Positions 60,027 through 64,000 of a DNA stretch of 64,000 bases are shown here, piece by piece (within the stretch, counting starts at the first letter, position 1; each line of letters begins with the position of its first letter). Origin of the DNA: a bacterium (GTDB lineage: Bacteria; JADJOY01); contig JAXLQJ010000008.1 in the NCBI GenBank assembly GCA_046331705.1, forward strand, positions 1-64,000, written 5' to 3'. Both the position numbers and the translations under genes were made by a program. Below the pieces are notes generated by a model, which saw nothing but the letters and a program-made list of their open reading frames with translations, searched no databases and was not told the origin of the DNA.

Positions 60027-60063
60027 CGTCGTCTCTCCCCGAACCGCTCCTGCCAGGAACGGG

Positions 60064-60079
60064 AGCACGAGCCGTGCCG
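60064..60079 (-). promoter_or_regulatory. sigma54 -24/-12 promoter of the psr operon
   Basis: Minus strand CGGCACGGCTCGTGCT = GG-N10-GC, about 40 bp upstream of the psrA ATG and next to a GAFTGA activator gene. Confidence 0.7.
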
Positions 60080-60139
60080 CTCGACGAGCGCGACGAAATC
60101 GCCGTGGAATCCGGGAGTTGGCGCCCTCCCGGCACGGGG

Positions 60140-60187
60140 CATGAAACGTTTCGTCAATACGAAACGTTTCATGTGAGGTGAATCGTT

Positions 60188-60189
<2 letters not shown>
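60140..60189. promoter_or_regulatory. Putative enhancer (UAS): nested palindrome with GAAACGTTTC boxes
   Basis: CATGAAACGTTTCGT-CAAT-ACGAAACGTTTCATG has perfect 15-bp arms (60140-60173); a third box GAATCGTTTC lies at 60180-60189. Confidence 0.75.
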
Positions 60190-61696
<1,507 letters not shown>

Positions 61697-61724
61697 CGGA
61701 CCCACCTCGCGGATGACGACGACG

Positions 61725-63467
61725 TCACGTCGCGCCGCCTCCGCGGCAGGCCGCGGCGCGACGGCCGAGCGCTGCGGCGAAGTCGCGGTAGATCGGGCTT
61801 GGGCTCTCGTGGCAGCCGAGGCAGGCGCCCACCCGCAGGATGCGCCGCTGCTCGGCCGCGTCGAAGGGGCGAGCACCCGTGCGAGTCGAGAACGGTGGCG
61901 CCGGCGGATCGGCGAGAAAGCGCGTCCACGCATCCCGCGGGAGACCGTCGGCGGCAGGCTCGTGTCGCGGGACGAAGCGCGGCTCGGCGGCACCGAGCTC
62001 GAGCGTGCCGTCGCCGATCCCGAGAGCCACCGCCGATCGGTGGCAGCTCGCGCAGTCGCGGGCCTTTCGGCCGGTCTGGTGCGCGGCGAGCGGTGCGAAG
62101 AGCCGCCGCTCGGTGCGCTGACCGTCGTGCTCGAGGGTGAGGATCATCCCGGGGACGAACGTGGTGACGCGACCATTCCCATCGACACCGAGTGTAGGAG
62201 CGTCCGCGGAGAAGCTCCACCCGCGCTCCTCCCATTCCTCGGCATTGCTCGCCTCCCGCGTGGCGCGGGTGTGGCAGCCGAGGCAGCGCGGCGCCAGCGC
62301 GGTATGGCACGCGTCGCACGAGAGGCGCGCGTGAGCGCCGCCGTGCGGCTCCGCGCGCGGCGTGGGCGCGGGTGGGCGCGGCCGGGCGCCGCGCTTGCCG
62401 CGGACGTCGAGACGACCATCCGCGCGCACCCACGCACCGAGCAGCACGCCGCCCTGCGCGCCCGCCACGTAGCGCCGCCGGGACGCGGCCGCGCCCCACA
62501 GCGAGCGCGCGATCACCTGGCTCGCGCGATCGAGCGCCGCGAATGGCCGCACCCGTGAGTCGGGCACGCGGCCGTCGGGGGATTCCAGGTGGCAATCCAC
62601 GCAGCGCGAGCGAACCGCATCCTCCTGGTGCGCGTGCGAGCGGAAATCGCCCATGACGTCGTCGACGGTGTGGCAATCGACACAGCCGAGGCCGGCCGTG
62701 CGATGGACGTCCGCGGGGATCGACTCGAGAACGCGACCATCGGGGAGGATGCGTCGCGATCGGCCGGGCTCGGGCGAGAGCGCGGCGTGCCCGGCGTCGA
62801 GCTCGGTCCAGCCCGCGTAGCTGAGCGAGATCCTCCCCGAGCGGGAATGGCAACCGAAGCACGCGTCGTCGCCGATCCGCAGGTCGACGGCCGGGTGGCC
62901 CTCGCCCACGCGCTCGCGGAGGTGACACGCGAGGCAGCCGCCGCCGCGGCGGGAAGCGGGTTCCGCGAGACCGCGCGCGTCCTTGGGCGCGCCGAGATGA
63001 CACGTGGAGCAGAGCTCGGCGGCGTGGCGATCGGCGGCGCGCGCCGGATCGAGCGCGTCGATCCGCGCGGTCGCGCCGCCGTCGGGAGTGTCCGCCTCTG
63101 CGAAGACGAAGCGATTCACCGCCACCAGCCCGCCGTTGGTGGTCATGAGGGAGCTCGCGACGCGCGTGTACGCCTCCGCGTGGCAGCGCGCGCACGGCAT
63201 CGCGGCATTCGCGAGATCCGAGCCGGGCCAGGGCACCATGCCGGCGTGAGCGGCACCCTTCTCCGCGGCCTGCGGATCCCCGAGATGACAGGACACGCAG
63301 CCGATGCGCCTCGGATCGTGCGCCCGCCCCAGACCGTGAACGAGCGCCGCGTGACAGGGCACGCAGCGCTCCGCTGCGCGACTCGCCGTGCCGCCGAGCA
63401 GCAGCGACGCCGTCACCACCGCGGCGCGAAGCCACGCTCGCGAGCGCCCGTCCGCCGCCGAAACCAT
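61725..63467 (-). CDS. Exported 12-heme cytochrome c
   Basis: Signal peptide; 12 CxxCH motifs counted (CVPCH, CVSCH, CARCH, CSTCH, CLACH, CFGCH, CVDCH x2, CDACH, CLGCH, CASCH, CLGCH). Confidence 0.92.
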   Translation of the reverse strand: MVSAADGRSRAWLRAAVVTASLLLGGTASRAAERCVPCHAALVHGLGRAHDPRRIGCVSCHLGDPQAAEKGAAHAGMVPWPGSDLANAAMPCARCHAEAYTRVASSLMTTNGGLVAVNRFVFAEADTPDGGATARIDALDPARAADRHAAELCSTCHLGAPKDARGLAEPASRRGGGCLACHLRERVGEGHPAVDLRIGDDACFGCHSRSGRISLSYAGWTELDAGHAALSPEPGRSRRILPDGRVLESIPADVHRTAGLGCVDCHTVDDVMGDFRSHAHQEDAVRSRCVDCHLESPDGRVPDSRVRPFAALDRASQVIARSLWGAAASRRRYVAGAQGGVLLGAWVRADGRLDVRGKRGARPRPPAPTPRAEPHGGAHARLSCDACHTALAPRCLGCHTRATREASNAEEWEERGWSFSADAPTLGVDGNGRVTTFVPGMILTLEHDGQRTERRLFAPLAAHQTGRKARDCASCHRSAVALGIGDGTLELGAAEPRFVPRHEPAADGLPRDAWTRFLADPPAPPFSTRTGARPFDAAEQRRILRVGACLGCHESPSPIYRDFAAALGRRAAACRGGGAT

Positions 63468-63535
63468 CGCGTTCCCGTTGCTCGCCGCTCGAATGGCGGC
63501 AGCGCTCGCCGGCGCGCGACGCGCCCGCCTCGACC

Positions 63536-64000
63536 TCAGTCTTCCGGGCGGAAGAGCTGATCCGCGACGATCTTGAGGCCGGCCAGATCGTGGACGTCGT
63601 CGTCCAGGAAGGGCACGCGGAAGATCGGCAGGTTGCGCCGACCGACGCGGCCCTTGAGATCCTCGAGGTAGAGCGATTCGCGCTCGGCGAGGGCCTCGTG
63701 GTCTCGATAGGTCTGGGCCAGCGCCTTCAGCAGCTGGACGCCGGGGGCGGCGTCCGATTTCGACGTCTTGGGACTGGTGCGCAAGCGCTCCACGGTGCTG
63801 GCGATCCGCTTACCGTGATCGAAGGGCTCGTGGACCATGTTCACGACGAAGCCGCCGAACGGCATCTGGAGCTCGGCGAGGCGCTCGTAGAAGAAGACGC
63901 CCTCGGCGAGCGTGTCGGGGCGAGGCCCCGTGACCAAGAGGAACACCGAGTCGGGGGAACGGATCAGCTCGGCGACACGATCCGCGCGCTCGCGGAAGCC
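63536..64000 (-). CDS. ArsA/Get3-like ATPase, C-terminal part (5' end outside window)
   Basis: GFRERADRVAELIRSPDSVFLLVTGP...FGGFVVN...VPFLDDDVHDLAGL. Confidence 0.75.
   Translation of the reverse strand, partial: GFRERADRVAELIRSPDSVFLLVTGPRPDTLAEGVFFYERLAELQMPFGGFVVNMVHEPFDHGKRIASTVERLRTSPKTSKSDAAPGVQLLKALAQTYRDHEALAERESLYLEDLKGRVGRRNLPIFRVPFLDDDVHDLAGLKIVADQLFRPED

Noticed and set aside
60140-60173. Palindrome as a simple rho-independent terminator or IS/MITE end
   Set aside because: The stem is AT-rich with no U-tract, and there is no transposase or target duplication. Repeated internal boxes and position relative to a -24/-12 motif fit a protein-binding site better.

Overview
High-GC bacterial chromosomal window, gene-dense, with no rRNA, tRNA, CRISPR or mobile element that I can support. 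A MYXO-CTERM-like tail and an ArsA-like ATPase suggest a Myxococcota/Deltaproteobacteria-like organism (inference). Left end: a V/A-type ATPase operon (subunit G/H and a truncated subunit I) is divergent from a long hydrogen-uptake operon (11-heme cytochrome c, cytochrome b, hypAB, hybOABCD), followed by a fused system II cytochrome c synthase (ccsBA). Next come an FGE-like secreted protein and a transglutaminase / circularly permuted ATP-grasp-alpha-E / transglutaminase operon whose ATP-grasp gene carries a +1 frameshift. Then glycoside-hydrolase-like genes and a convergent cluster of three glycosyltransferases, a radical SAM/SPASM enzyme, a small Zn-finger/acidic protein and uncharacterised membrane or secreted proteins. 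The middle holds signalling genes (two PAS kinases, an MCP), an orphan pilC, GST, rimO and fabG. Right end: an extended sigma54-type polysulfide/thiosulfate reductase locus (12-heme cytochrome, PAS-bEBP activator, psrABC, two YeeE/YedE, a rhodanese lacking its loop Cys but ending in a flexible -KKKKEGC arm, and a FadL-like porin), preceded by a nested-palindrome enhancer. Five good and one weak sigma54 -24/-12 motifs were found by eye. Family assignments come from motif recognition only; no searches were run.
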